64,000 nt of DNA from assembly GCF_009914755.1 (NCBI RefSeq), contig NC_060942.1. One strand, given 5' to 3'. Below, in pieces: positions 1 to 13,005 of this stretch. Numbering within the stretch: position 1 is the stretch's first letter; the number at the start of each line of letters is the position of its first letter. The stretch is from the human T2T-CHM13v2.0 reference genome, Homo sapiens. Both the position numbers and the translations under genes were made by a program. The notes under the pieces are model-generated. The model searched no databases, had not been told where the DNA came from, and saw only the letters and a program-made list of their open reading frames with translations.

Positions 1-239
1 TTGGTAGAGCAGGTTTGAAACACTCTTTTTTTAGTATATGGAAGTGGACATTTGGAGCGCTTTCAGGCCTACGTTGGAAAAGGAAATATCTTCCCATAAC
101 AATTAGACAGAAGCATTCTCAAAAACTAGTTTCTGATGTGTGTCCTCAACTAACACAGTTGAACATTTCTTTAGACAGAACAGTTTTGAAACTCTCTTTT
201 TGTGGAATCTGCAAGTGGCTATTTGGCTAGATTTGAGGA

Positions 240-256
240 TTTCGTTGGAAACGGGA
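240..256 (+). promoter_or_regulatory. CENP-B box, m1 (recurs in every unit)
   Basis: TTTCGTTGGAAACGGGA matches the consensus YTTCGTTGGAARCGGGA. Confidence 0.95.
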
Positions 257-406
257 TTACATATAAAAAGCAGACAGCAGCATTCTCAGAACGTTCTTTG
301 TGATGATTGCATTCAAGTCACAGAATTGAACATTCCCTTTCACAGAGCAGGTTTGAAACACTCTTTTTGTAGTGTGTGTAAGTGGACATTTGGAGCACTT
401 TCCGGC

Positions 407-423
407 CTAAGGTGAAAAAGGAA
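407..423 (+). other. pJalpha-type (A-box) motif of A-type monomers (example in m2)
   Basis: CTAAGGTGAAAAAGGAA lies at the position homologous to the CENP-B box; related CTAYGTTGRAAARGGAA forms occur in the other even monomers. Confidence 0.7.
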
Positions 424-577
424 ATATCTTCCCATAAAAACTAGACAGAAGCATTCTCAGAAACTTACTCGTGATGTGTGTCCTCAACTAAAGGAGTAGA
501 ACCTTTCTTTTCATAGAGAAGTTTTGAAACGCTCTTTTTGTGGAATCTGCAAGTGGATATTTGGCTAGTTTGGAGGA

Positions 578-594
578 TTTCGTTGGAAGCGGGA
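578..594 (+). promoter_or_regulatory. CENP-B box, m3
   Basis: TTTCGTTGGAAGCGGGA, canonical; overlaps an EcoRI site. Confidence 0.95.
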
Positions 595-915
595 ATTCAT
601 ACAATTTGCAGACTGCAGCTTTCTGAGAAACATCTTTGTGATGTTTGTATTCAGGACACAGAGTTGAACATTCCCTATCATAGAGCAGGTTTGAATCACT
701 CCTTTTGTAGTATCTGGAAGTGGACATTTGGAGCGCTTTCAAGCCTATGTTGGAAAAGGAAATATCTTCCCATAACAACTAGACAGAAGCATTCTCAGAA
801 ACTTATTTGAGATGTGTGTACTCAACTAAGAGAATTGAACCACCGTTTTGAAGGAGCAGTTTTGAAACACTCTTTTTCTGGAATCTGCAAGTGGATATTT
901 GGCTAGCTTTGGGGA

Positions 916-932
916 TTTCGCTGGAAGCGGGA
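916..932 (+). promoter_or_regulatory. CENP-B box, m5 (variant, core intact)
   Basis: TTTCGCTGGAAGCGGGA keeps the core NTTCGNNNNANNCGGGN. Confidence 0.85.
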
Positions 933-1252
933 ATACATATAAAAAGCCCACAGCAGCGTTCTGAGAAACTGCTTTCTGATGTTTGCATTCAAGTCAAAAG
1001 TTGAACACTCCCTTTCATAGAGCAGTCCTGAAACACTCCTTTTGTAGTATCTGGAACTGGACTTTTGGAGCGCTTTCAGGGCTAAGGTGAAAAAGGAAAT
1101 ATCTTCCCATAAAAACTGGACAGAAGCATTCTCAGAAACTTGTTTATGCTGTATCTACTCAACTAACAAAGTTGAACCTTTCTTTTGATAGAGCAGTTTT
1201 GAAATGCTCTTTTTGTGGAATCTGCAAGTGGATATTAGGCTAGTTTTGAGGA

Positions 1253-1269
1253 TTTCGCTGGAAGCGGGA
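1253..1269 (+). promoter_or_regulatory. CENP-B box, m7 (polymorphic T/C at position 6)
   Basis: TTTCGCTGGAAGCGGGA here; TTTCGTTGGAAGCGGGA in most units. Confidence 0.88.
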
Positions 1270-1590
1270 ATTCATACAAATTGCAGACTGCAGCGTTCTG
1301 AGAAACATCTTTGTGATGTTTGTATTCAGGACAGAGAGTTGAACATTCCCTATCATAGAGCAGGTTGGAATCACTCCTTTTGTAGTATCTGGAAGTGGAC
1401 ATTTGGAGCGCTTTCAGGCCTATGTTGAAAAAGGAAATATCTTCCCATAACAACTAGACACAAGCATTCTCAGAAACTTGTTTGTGATGTGTGCCCTCTA
1501 CTGACAGAGTTGAACCTTTCTTTTCATAGAGCAGTTTTGAAACACTCTTTTTGTAGAATCTGCAAGAGGATATTTGCATAGCTTTGAGGA

Positions 1591-1607
1591 TTTCGTGGGA
1601 AACGGGA
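1591..1607 (+). promoter_or_regulatory. CENP-B box, m9 (variant, core intact)
   Basis: TTTCGTGGGAAACGGGA keeps the nine core positions. Confidence 0.85.
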
Positions 1608-1932
1608 TTCTCTTCAGGTAAAATCTAGACAGAAGCATTCTCAGAAACTTCTTTGGGATGTTTGCATTCAAGTCACAGAGTAGAACATTCCCTTTGGTAG
1701 AGCAGGTTTGAAACACTCTTTTTGTAGTATCTGGAAGTGGACATTTGGAGCGCTTTCAGGCCTATGTTGGAAAGGGAAATATCTTCCCGTAACAACTAGG
1801 CAGAAGCATTCTCAGAAACTTATTTGAGATGTGTGTACTCAACTAAGAGAATTGAACCACCGTTTTGAAGGAGCAGTATTGAAACACTCTTTTTCTGGAA
1901 TCTGCAAGAGGATATTTGCCTAGCCTTGAGGA

Positions 1933-1949
1933 TTTCGTTGGAAACGGGA
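1933..1949 (+). promoter_or_regulatory. CENP-B box, m11
   Basis: TTTCGTTGGAAACGGGA, canonical. Confidence 0.95.
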
Positions 1950-2490
1950 TTGTCTTCAGATCAAATCTAGACAGAAGCATTCTCAGAAACTTCTTTGGGA
2001 TGTTTGCATTCAAGTCACAGAGTAGAACATTCCCTTTGGTAGAGCAGGTTTGAAACACTCTTTTTGTAGTATCTGGAAGTGGACATTTGGAGCGCTTTCA
2101 GGCCTATGTTGGAAAGGGAAATATCTTCCCGTAACAACTAGGCAGAAGCATTCTCAGAAACTTATTTGAGATGTGTGTACTCAACTAAGAGAATTGAACC
2201 ACCGTTTTGAAGGAGCAGTTTTGAAACACTCTTTTTCTGGAATCTGCAAGAGGATATTTGCCTAGCCTTGAGGATTTCGTTGGAAACGGGATTGTCTTCA
2301 GATCAAATCTAGACAGAAGCATTCTCAGAAACTTCTTTGGGATGTTTGCATTCAAGTCACAGAGTAGAACATTCCCTTTGGTAGAGCAGGTTTGAAACAC
2401 TCTTTTTTTAGTATATGGAAGTGGACATTTGGAGCGCTTTCAGGTCTACGTTGGAAAAGGAAATATCTTCCCATAACAACTAGACAGAAG

Positions 2491-4525
2491 CATTCTCAGA
2501 AACTAGTTTCTGATGTGTGTCCTCAACTAACACAGTTGAACATTTCTTTAGACAGAACAGTTTTGAAACTCTCTTTTTGTGGAATCTGCAAGTGGCTATT
2601 TGGCTAGATTTGAGGATTTCGTTGGAAACGGGATTACATATAAAAAGCAGACAGCAGCATTCTCAGAAAGTTCTTTGTGATGATTGCATTCAAGTCACAG
2701 AATTGAACATTCCCTTTCACAGAGCAGGTTTGAAACACTCTTTTTGTAGTGTGTGTAAGTGGACATTTGGAGCACTTTCCGGCCTAAGGTGAAAAAGGAA
2801 ATATCTTCCCATAAAAACTAGACAGAAGCACTCTCAGAAACTTACTCGTGATGTGTGTCCTCAACTAAAGGAGTAGAACCTTTCTTTTCATAGAGAAGTT
2901 TTGAAACGCTCTTTTTGTGGAATCTCCAAGTGGATATTTGGCTAGTTTTGAGGATTTCGTTGGAAGCGGGAATTCATACAAATTGCAGACTGCAGCGTTC
3001 TGAGAAACATCTTTGTGATGTTTGTATTCAGGACACAGAGTTGAACATTCCCTATCATAGAGCAGGTTTGAATCACTCCTTTTGTAGTATCTGGAAGTGG
3101 ACATTTGGAGCGCTTTCAGGCCTATGTTGGAAAAGGAAATATCTTCCCATAACAACTAGACAGAAGCATTCTCAGAAACTTATTTGAGATGTGTGTACTC
3201 AACTAAGAGAATTGAACCACCGTTTTGAAGGAGCAGTTTTGAAACACTCTTTTTCTGGAATCTGCAAGTGGATATTTGGCTAGCTTTGGGGATTTCGCTG
3301 GAAGCGGGAATACATATAAAAAGCACACAGCAGCGTTCTGAGAAACTGCTTTCTGATGTTTGCATTCAAGTCAAAAGTTGAACACTCCCTTTCATAGAGC
3401 AGTCCTGAAACACTCCTTTTGTAGTATCTGGAACTGGACTTTTGGAGCGCTTTCAGGGCTAAGGTGAAAAAGGAAATATCTTCCCATAAAAACTGGACAG
3501 AAGCATTCTCAGAAACTTGTTTATGCTGTATCTACTCAACTAACAAAGTTGAACCTTTCTTTTGATAGAGCAGTTTTGAAATGCTCTTTTTGTGGAATCT
3601 GCAAGTGGATATTTGGCTAGTTTTGAGGATTTCGTTGGAAGCGGGAATTCATACAAATTGCAGACTGCAGCGTTCTGAGAAACATCTTTGTGATGTTTGT
3701 ATTCAGGACACAGAGTGGAACATTCCCTATCATAGAGCAGGTTGGAATCACTCCTTTTGTAGTATCTGGAAGTGGACATTTGGAGCGCTTTCAGGCCTAT
3801 GTTGAAAAAGGAAATATCTTCCCATAACAACTAGACACAAGCATTCTCAGAAACTTGTTTGTGATGTGTGCCCTCTACTGACAGAGTTGAACCTTTCTTT
3901 TCATAGAGCAGTTTTGAAACACTCTTTTTGTAGAATCTGCAAGAGGATATTTGCATAGCTTTGAGGATTTCGTGGGAAACGGGATTGTCTTCAGGTAAAA
4001 TCTAGACAGAAGCATTCTCAGAAACTTCTTTGGGATGTTTGCATTCAAGTCACAGAGTAGAATATTCCCTTTGGTAGAGCAGGTTTGAAACACTCTTTTT
4101 ATAGTATCTGGAAGTGGACATTTGGAGCGCTTTCAGGCCTATGTTGGAAAGGGAAATATCTTCCCGTAACAACTAGGCAGAAGCATTCTCAGAAACTTAT
4201 TTGAGATGTGTGTACTCAACTAAGAGAATTGAACCACCGTTTTGAAGGAGCAGTTTTGAAACACTCTTTTTCTGGAATCTGCAAGAGGATATTTGCCTAG
4301 CTTTGAGGATTTCGTTGGAAACGGGATTGTCTTCAGATCAAATCTAGACAGAAGCATTCTCAGAAACTTCTTTGGGATGTTTGCATTCAAGTCACAGAGT
4401 AGAACATTCCCTTTGGTAGAGCAGGTTTGAAACACTCTTTTTTTAGTATATGGAAGTGGACATTTGGAGCGCTTTCAGGCCTACGTTGGAAAAGGAAATA
4501 TCTTCCCATAACAATTAGACAGAAG
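2491..4525 (+). repeat. Canonical 12-mer HOR unit (2035 bp); 21 complete copies in the window
   Basis: Monomer lengths 167,171,167,171,167,170,167,171,171,171,171,171 sum to 2035. 12-mer starts: 2491, 4526, 6561, 10972, 17760, 26916, 28950, 30984, 33694, 35729, 38439, 40474, 42509, 44543, 47253, 49288, 51322, 54032, 56067, 58777, 60812. Confidence 0.95.
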
Positions 4526-7500
4526 CATTCTCAAAAACTAGTTTCTGATGTGTGTCCTCAACTAACACAGTTGAACATTTCTTTAGACAGAACAGTTTTG
4601 AAACTCTCTTTTTGTGGAATCTGCAAGTGGCTATTTGGCTAGATTTGAGGATTTCGTTGGAAACGGGATTACATATAAAAAGCAGACAGCAGCATTCTCA
4701 GAACGTTCTTTGTGATGATTGCATTCAAGTCACAGAATTGAACATTCCCTTTCACAGAGCAGGTTTGAAACACTCTTTTTGTAGTGTGTGTAAGTGGACA
4801 TTTGGAGCACTTTCCGGCCTAAGGTGAAAAAGGAAATATCTTCCCATAAAAACTAGACAGAAGCATTCTCAGAAACTTACTCGTGATGTGTGTCCTCAAC
4901 TAAAGGAGTAGAACCTTTCTTTTCATAGAGAAGTTTTGAAACGCTCTTTTTGTGGAATCTGCAAGTGGATATTTGGCTAGTTTGGAGGATTTCGTTGGAA
5001 GCGGGAATTCATACAATTTGCAGACTGCAGCTTTCTGAGAAACATCTTTGTGATGTTTGTATTCAGGACACAGAGTTGAACATTCCCTATCATAGAGCAG
5101 GTTTGAATCACTCCTTTTGTAGTATCTGGAAGTGGACATTTGGAGCGCTTTCAAGCCTATGTTGGAAAAGGAAATATCTTCCCATAACAACTAGACAGAA
5201 GCATTCTCAGAAACTTATTTGAGATGTGTGTACTCAACTAAGAGAATTGAACCACCGTTTTGAAGGAGCAGTTTTGAAACACTCTTTTTCTGGAATCTGC
5301 AAGTGGATATTTGGCTAGCTTTGGGGATTTCGCTGGAAGCGGGAATACATATAAAAAGCACACAGCAGCGTTCTGAGAAACTGCTTTCTGATGTTTGCAT
5401 TCAAGTCAAAAGTTGAACACTCCCTTTCATAGTGCAGTCCTGAAACACTCCTTTTGTAGTATCTGGAACTGGACTTTTGGAGCGCTTTCAGGGCTAAGGT
5501 GAAAAAGGAAATATCTTCCCATAAAAACTGGACAGAAGCATTCTCAGAAACTTGTTTATGCTGTATCTACTCAACTAACAAAGTTGAACCTTTCTTTTGA
5601 TAGAGCAGTTTTGAAATGCTCTTTTTGTGGAATCTGCAAGTGGATATTTGGCTAGTTTTGAGGATTTCGTTGGAAGCGGGAATTCATACAAATTGCAGAC
5701 TGCAGCGTTCTGAGAAACATCTTTCTGATGTTTGTATTCAGGACAGAGAGTTGAACATTCCCTATCATAGAGCAGGTTGGAATCACTCCTTTTGTAGTAT
5801 CTGGAAGTGGACATTTGGAGCGCTTTCAGGCCTATGTTGAAAAAGGAAATATCTTCCCATAACAACTAGACACAAGCATTCTCAGAAACTTGTTTGTGAT
5901 GTGTGCCCTCTACTGACAGAGTTGAACCTTTCTTTTCATAGAGCAGTTTTGAAACACTCTTTTTGTAGAATCTGCAAGAGGATATTTGCATAGCTTTGAG
6001 GATTTCGTGGGAAACGGGATTGTCTTCAGGTAAAATCTAGACAGAAGCATTCTCAGAAACTTCTTTGGGATGTTTGCATTCAAGTCACAGAGTAGAACAT
6101 TCCCTTTGGTAGAGCAGGTTTGAAACACTCTTTTTATAGTATCTGGAAGTGGACATTTGGAGCGCTTTCAGGCCTATGTTGGAAAGGGAAATATCTTCCC
6201 GTAACAACTAGGCAGAAGCATTCTCAGAAACTTATTTGAGATGTGTGTACTCAACTAAGAGAATTGAACCACCGTTTTGAAGGAGCAGTTTTGAAACACT
6301 CTTTTTCTGGAATCTGCAAGAGGATATTTGCCTAGCTTTGAGGATTTCGTTGGAAACGGGATTGTCTTCAGATCAAATCTAGACAGAAGCATTCTCAGAA
6401 ACTTCTTTGGGATGTTTGCATTCAAGTCACAGAGTAGAACATTCCCTTTGGTAGAGCAGGTTTGAAACACTCTTTTTTTAGTATATGGAAGTGGACATTT
6501 GGAGCGCTTTCAGGCCTACGTTGGAAAAGGAAATATCTTCCCATAACAATTAGACAGAAGCATTCTCAGAAACTAGTTTCTGATGTGTGTCCTCAACTAA
6601 CACAGTTGAACATTTGTTTAGACAGAACAGTTTTGAAACTCTCTTTTTGTGGAATCTGCAAGTGGCTATTTGGCTAGATGTGAGGATTTCGTTGGAAACG
6701 GGATTACATATAAAAAGCAGACAGCAGCATTCTCAGAACGTTCTTTGTGATGATTGCATTCAAGTCACAGAATTGAACATTCCCTTTCACAGAGCAGGTT
6801 TGAAACACTCTTTTTGTAGTGTGTGTAAGTGGACATTTGGAGCACTTTCCGGCCTAAGGTGAAAAAGGAAATATCTTCCCATAAAAACTAGACAGAAGCA
6901 TTCTCAGAAACTTACTCGTGATGTGTGTCCTCAACTAAAGGAGTAGAACCTTTCTTTTCATAGAGAAGTTTTGAAACGCTCTTTTTGTGGAATCTGCAAG
7001 TGGATATTTGGCTAGTTTGGAGGATTTCGTTGGAAGCGGGAATTCATACAAATTGCAGACTGCAGCGTTCTGAGAAACATCTTTGTGATGTTTGTATTCA
7101 GGACACAGAGTTGAACATTCCCTATCATAGAGCAGGTTTGAATCACTCCTTTTGTAGTATCTGGAAGTGGACATTTGGAGCGCTTTCAAGCCTATGTTGG
7201 AAAAGGAAATATCTTCCCATAACAACTAGACAGAAGCATTCTCAGAAACTTATTTGAGATGTGTGTACTCAACTAAGAGAATTGAACCACCGTTTTGAAG
7301 GAGCAGTTTTGAAACACTCTTTTTCTGGAATCTGCAAGTGGATATTTGGCTAGCTTTGGGGATTTCGCTGGAAGCGGGAATACATATAAAAAGCCCACAG
7401 CAGCGTTCTGAGAAACTGCTTTCTGATGTTTGCATTCAAGTCAAAAGTTGAACACTCCCTTTCATAGTGCAGTCCTGAAACACTCCTTTTGTAGTATCTG

Positions 7501-8595
7501 GAACTGGACTTTTGGAGCGCTTTCAGGGCTAAGGTGAAAAAGGAAATATCTTCCCATAAAAACTGGACAGAAGCATTCTCAGAAACTTGTTTATGCTGTA
7601 TCTACTCAACTAACAAAGTTGAACCTTTCTTTTGATAGAGCAGTTTTGAAATGCTCTTTTTGTGGAATCTGCAAGTGGATATTTGGCTAGTTTTGAGGAT
7701 TTCGTTGGAAGCGGGAATTCATACAAATTGCAGACTGCAGCGTTCTGAGAAACATCTTTGTGATGTTTGTATTCAGGACAGAGAGTTGAACATTCCCTAT
7801 CATAGAGCAGGTTGGAATCACTCCTTTTGTAGTATCTGGAAGTGGACATTTGGAGCGCTTTCAGGCCTATGTTGAAAAAGGAAATATCTTCCCATAACAA
7901 CTAGACACAAGCATTCTCAGAAACTTGTTTGTGATGTGTGCCCTCTACTGACAGAGTTGAACCTTTCTTTTCATAGAGCAGTTTTGAAACACTCTTTTTG
8001 TAGAATCTGCAAGAGGATATTTGCATAGCTTTGAGGATTTCGTGGGAAACGGGATTGTCTTCAGGTAAAATCTAGACAGAAGCATTCTCAGAAACTTCTT
8101 TGGGATGTTTGCATTCAAGTCACAGAGTAGAACATTCCCTTTGGTAGAGCAGGTTTGAAACACTCTTTTTGTAGTATCTGGAAGTGGACATTTGGAGCGC
8201 TTTCAGGCCTATGTTGGAAAGGGAAATATCTTCCCGTAACAACTAGGCAGAAGCATTCTCAGAAACTTATTTGAGATGTGTGTACTCAACTAAGAGAATT
8301 GAACCACCGTTTTGAAGGAGCAGTTTTGAAACACTCTTTTTCTGGAATCTGCAAGAGGATATTTGCCTAGCCTTGAGGATTTCGTTGGAAACGGGATTGT
8401 CTTCAGATCAAATCTAGACAGAAGCATTCTCAGAAACTTCTTTGGGATGTTTGCATTCAAGTCACAGAGTAGAACATTCCCTTTGGTAGAGCAGGTTTGA
8501 AACACTCTTTTTTTAGTATATGGAAGTGGACATTTGGAGCGCTTTCAGGCCTACGTTGGAAAAGGAAATATCTTCCCATAACAACTAGACAGAAG

Positions 8596-10971
8596 CATTC
8601 TCAGAAACTAGTTTCTGATGTGTGTCCTCAACTAACACAGTTGAACATTTCTTTAGACAGAACAGTTTTGAAACTCTCTTTTTGTGGAATCTGCAAGTGG
8701 CTATTTGGCTAGATTTGAGGATTTCGTTGGAAACGGGATTACATATAAAAAGCAGACAGCAGCATTCTCAGAAAGTTCTTTGTGATGATTGCATTCAAGT
8801 CACAGAATTGAACATTCCCTTTCACAGAGCAGGTTTGAAACACTCTTTTTGTAGTGTGTGTAAGTGGACATTTGGAGCACTTTCCGGCCTAAGGTGAAAA
8901 AGGAAATATCTTCCCATAAAAACTAGACAGAAGCATTCTCAGAAACTTACTCGTGATGTGTGTCCTCAACTTAAGGAGTAGAACCTTTGTTTTCATAGAG
9001 AAGTTTTGAAACGCTCTTTTTGTGGAATCTGCAAGTGGATATTTGGCTAGTTTTGAGGATTTCGTTGGAAGCGGGAATTCATACAAATTGCAGACTGCAG
9101 CGTTCTGAGAAACATCTTTGTGATGTTTGTATTCAGGACACAGAGTTGAACATTCCCTATCATAGAGCAGGTTGGAATCACTCCTTTTGTAGTATCTGGA
9201 AGTGGACATTTGGAGCGCTTTCCGGCCTATGTTGGAAAAGGAAATATCTTCCCATAACAACTAGACAGAAGCATTCTCAGAAACTTATTTGAGATGTGTG
9301 TACTCAACTAAGAGAATTGAACCACCGTTTTGAAGGAGCAGTTTTGAAACACTTTTTTCTGGAATCTGCAAGTGGATATTTGGCTAGCTTTGGGGATTTC
9401 GCTGGAAGCGGGAATACATATAAAAAGCACACAGCAGCGTTCTGAGAAACTGCTTTCTGATGTTTGCATTCAAGTCAAAAGTTGAACACTCCCTTTCATA
9501 GAGCAGTCCTGAAACACTCCTTTTGTAGTATCTGGAACTGGACTTTTGGAGCGCTTTCAGGGCTAAGGTGAAAAAGGAAATATCTTCCCATAAAAACTGG
9601 ACAGAAGCATTCTCAGAAACTTGTTTATGCTGTATCTACTCAACTAACAAAGTTGAACCTTTCTTTTGATAGAGCAGTTTTGAAATGCTCTTTTTGTGGA
9701 ATCTGCAAGTGGATATTTGGCTAGTTTTGAGGATTTCGCTGGAAGCGGGAATTCATACAAATTGCAGACTGCAGCGTTCTGAGAAACATCTTTGTGATGT
9801 TTGTATTCAGGACAGAGAGTTGAACATTCCCTATCATAGAGCAGGTTGGAATCACTCCTTTTGTAGTATCTGGAAGTGGACATTTGGAGCGCTTTCAGGC
9901 CTATGTTGAAAAAGGAAATATCTTCCCATAACAACTAGACACAAGCATTCTCAGAAACTTGTTTGTGATGTGTGCCCTCTAGTGACAGAGTTGAACCTTT
10001 CTTTTCATAGAGCAGTTTTGAAACACTCTTTTTGTAGAATCTGCAAGAGGATATTTGCATAGCTTTGAGGATTTCGTGGGAAACGGGATTGTCTTCAGGT
10101 AAAATCTAGACAGAAGCATTCTCAGAAACTTCTTTGGGATGTTTGCATTCAAGTCACAGAGTAGAACATTCCCTTTGGTAGAGCAGGTTTGAAACACTCT
10201 TTTTGTAGTATCTGGAAGTGGACATTTGGAGCGCTTTCAGGCCTATGTTGGAAAGGGAAATATCTTCCCGTAACAACTAGGCAGAAGCATTCTCAGAAAC
10301 TTATTTGAGATGTGTGTACTCAACTAAGAGAATTGAACCACCGTTTTGAAGGAGCAGTTTTGAAACACTCTTTTTCTGGAATCTGCAAGAGGATATTTGC
10401 CTAGCCTTGAGGATTTCGTTGGAAACGGGATTGTCTTCAGATCAAATCTAGACAGAAGCATTCTCAGAAACTTCTTTGGGATGTTTGCATTCAAGTCACA
10501 GAGTAGAACATTCCCTTTGGTAGAGCAGGTTTGAAACACTCTTTTTGTAGTATCTGGAAGTGGACATTTGGAGCGCTTTCAGGCCTATGTTGGAAAGGGA
10601 AATATCTTCCCGTAACAACTAGGCAGAAGCATTCTCAGAAACTTATTTGAGATGTGTGTACTCAACTAAGAGAATTGAACCACCGTTTTGAAGGAGCAGT
10701 TTTGAAACACTCTTTTTCTGGAATCTGCAAGAGGATATTTGCCTAGCCTTGAGGATTTCGTTGGAAACGGGATTGTCTTCAGATCAAATCTAGACAGAAG
10801 CATTCTCAGAAACTTCTTTGGGATGTTTGCATTCAAGTCACAGAGTAGAACATTCCCTTTGGTTGAGCAGGTTTGAAACACTCTTTTTTTAGTATATGGA
10901 AGTGGACATTTGGAGCGCTTTCAGGTCTACGTTGGAAAAGGAAATATCTTCCCATAACAACTAGACAGAAG
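8596..10971 (+). repeat. 14-mer HOR variant
   Basis: Unit is 2376 bp (1-bp deletion near 9352); dimer ORF at 10324 and 10666. Confidence 0.93.
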
Positions 10972-13005
10972 CATTCTCAGAAACTAGTTTCTGATGTGTG
11001 TCCTCAACTAACACAGTTGAACATTTCTTTAGACAGAACAGTTTTGAAACACTCTTTTTGTGGAATCTGCAAGTGGCTATTTGGCTAGATTTGAGGATTT
11101 CGTTGGAAACGGGATTACATATAAAAAGCAGACAGCAGCATTCTCAGAAAGTTCTTTGTGATGATTGCATTCAAGTCACAGAATTGAACATTCCCTTTCA
11201 CAGAGCAGGTTTGAAACACTCTTTTTGTAGTGTGTGTAAGTGGACATTTGGAGCACTTTCCGGCCTAAGGTGAAAAAGGAAATATCTTCCCATAAAAACT
11301 AGACAGAAGCACTCTCAGAAACTTACTCGTGATGTGTGTCCTCAACTAAAGGAGTAGAACCTTTCTTTTCATAGAGAAGTTTTGAAACGCTCTTTTTGTG
11401 GAATCTGCAAGTGGATATTTGGCTAGTTTTGAGGATTTCGTTGGAAGCGGGAATTCATACAAATTGCAGACTGCAGCGTTCTGAGAAACATCTTTGTGAT
11501 GTTTGTATTCAGGACACAGAGTTGAACATTCCCTATCATAGAGCAGGTTTGAATCACTCCTTTTGTAGTATCTGGAAGTGGACATTTGGAGCGCTTTCAG
11601 GCCTATGTTGGAAAAGGAAATATCTTCCCATAACAATTAGACAGAAGCATTCTCAGAAACTTATTTGAGATGTGTGTACTCAACTAAGAGAATTGAACCA
11701 CCGTTTTGAAGGAGCAGTTTTGAAACACTCTTTTTCTGGAATCTGCAAGTGGATATTTGGCTAGCTTTGGGGATTTCGCTGGAAGCGGGAATACATATAA
11801 AAAGCACACAGCAGCGTTCTGAGAAACTGCTTTCTGATGTTTGCATTCAAGTCAAAAGTTGAACACTCCCTTTCATAGAGCAGTCCTGAAACACTCCTTT
11901 TGTAGTATCTGGAACTGGACTTTTGGAGCGCTTTCAGGGCTAAGGTGAAAAAGGAAATATCTTCCCATAAAAACTGGACAGAAGCATTCTCAGAAACTTG
12001 TTTATGCTGTATCTACTCAACTAACAAAGTTGAACCTTTCTTTTGATAGAGCAGTTTTGAAATGCTCTTTTTGTGGAATCTGCAAGTGGATATTTGGCTA
12101 GTTTTGAGGATTTCGTTGGAAGCGGGAATTCATACAAATTGCAGACTGCAGCGTTCTGAGAAACATCTTTGTGATGTTTGTATTCAGGACAGAGAGTTGA
12201 ACATTCCCTATCATAGAGCAGGTTGGAATCACTCCTTTTGTAGTATCTGGAAGTGGACATTTGGAGCGCTTTCAGGCCTATGTTGAAAAAGGAAATATCT
12301 TCCCATAACAACTAGACACAAGCATTCTCAGAAACTTGTTTGTGATGTGTGCCCTCTACTGACAGAGTTGAACCTTTCTTTTCATAGAGCAGTTTTGAAA
12401 CACTCTTTTTGTAGAATCTGCAAGAGGATATTTGCATAGCTTTGAGGATTTCGTGGGAAACGGGATTGTCTTCAGGTAAAATCTAGACAGAAGCATTCTC
12501 AGAAACTTCTTTGGGATGTTTGCATTCAAGTCACAGAGTAGAACATTCCCTTTGGTAGAGCAGGTTTGAAACACTCTTTTATAGTATCTGGAAGTGGACA
12601 TTTGGAGCGCTTTCAGGCCTATGTTGGAAAGGGAAATATCTTCCCGTAACAACTAGGCAGAAGCATTCTCAGAAACTTATTGGAGATGTGTGTACTCAAC
12701 TAAGAGAATTGAACCACCGTTTTGAAGGAGCAGTTTTGAAACACTCTTTTTCTGGAATCTGCAAGAGGATATTTGCCTAGCTTTGAGGATTTCGTTGGAA
12801 ACGGGATTGTCTTCAGATCAAATCTAGACAGAAGCATTCTCAGAAACTTCTTTGGGATGTTTGCATTCAAGTCACAGAGTAGAACATTCCCTTTGGTAGA
12901 GCAGGTTTGAAACACTCTTTTTTTAGTATATGGAAGTGGACATTTGGAGCGCTTTCAGGCCTACGTTGGAAAAGGAAATATCTTCCCATAACAATTAGAC
13001 AGAAG

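Larger units (their letters stand above)
114..2490 (+). repeat. 14-mer HOR variant (m10-m11 dimer duplicated, +342 bp)
   Basis: Unit is 2377 bp; extra dimer at about 1978-2319; the 71-aa artefact ORF appears twice, 342 bp apart (1843 and 2185). Confidence 0.93.

Noticed and set aside
283-800. TTCTCAGAA/TTCTGAGAA (STAT-like TTCN3GAA) palindromes and GGAA-ATATC-TTCC mini-dyads in most monomers
   Set aside because: These are general features of the alpha-satellite consensus; the stems are very short and nothing here shows function.
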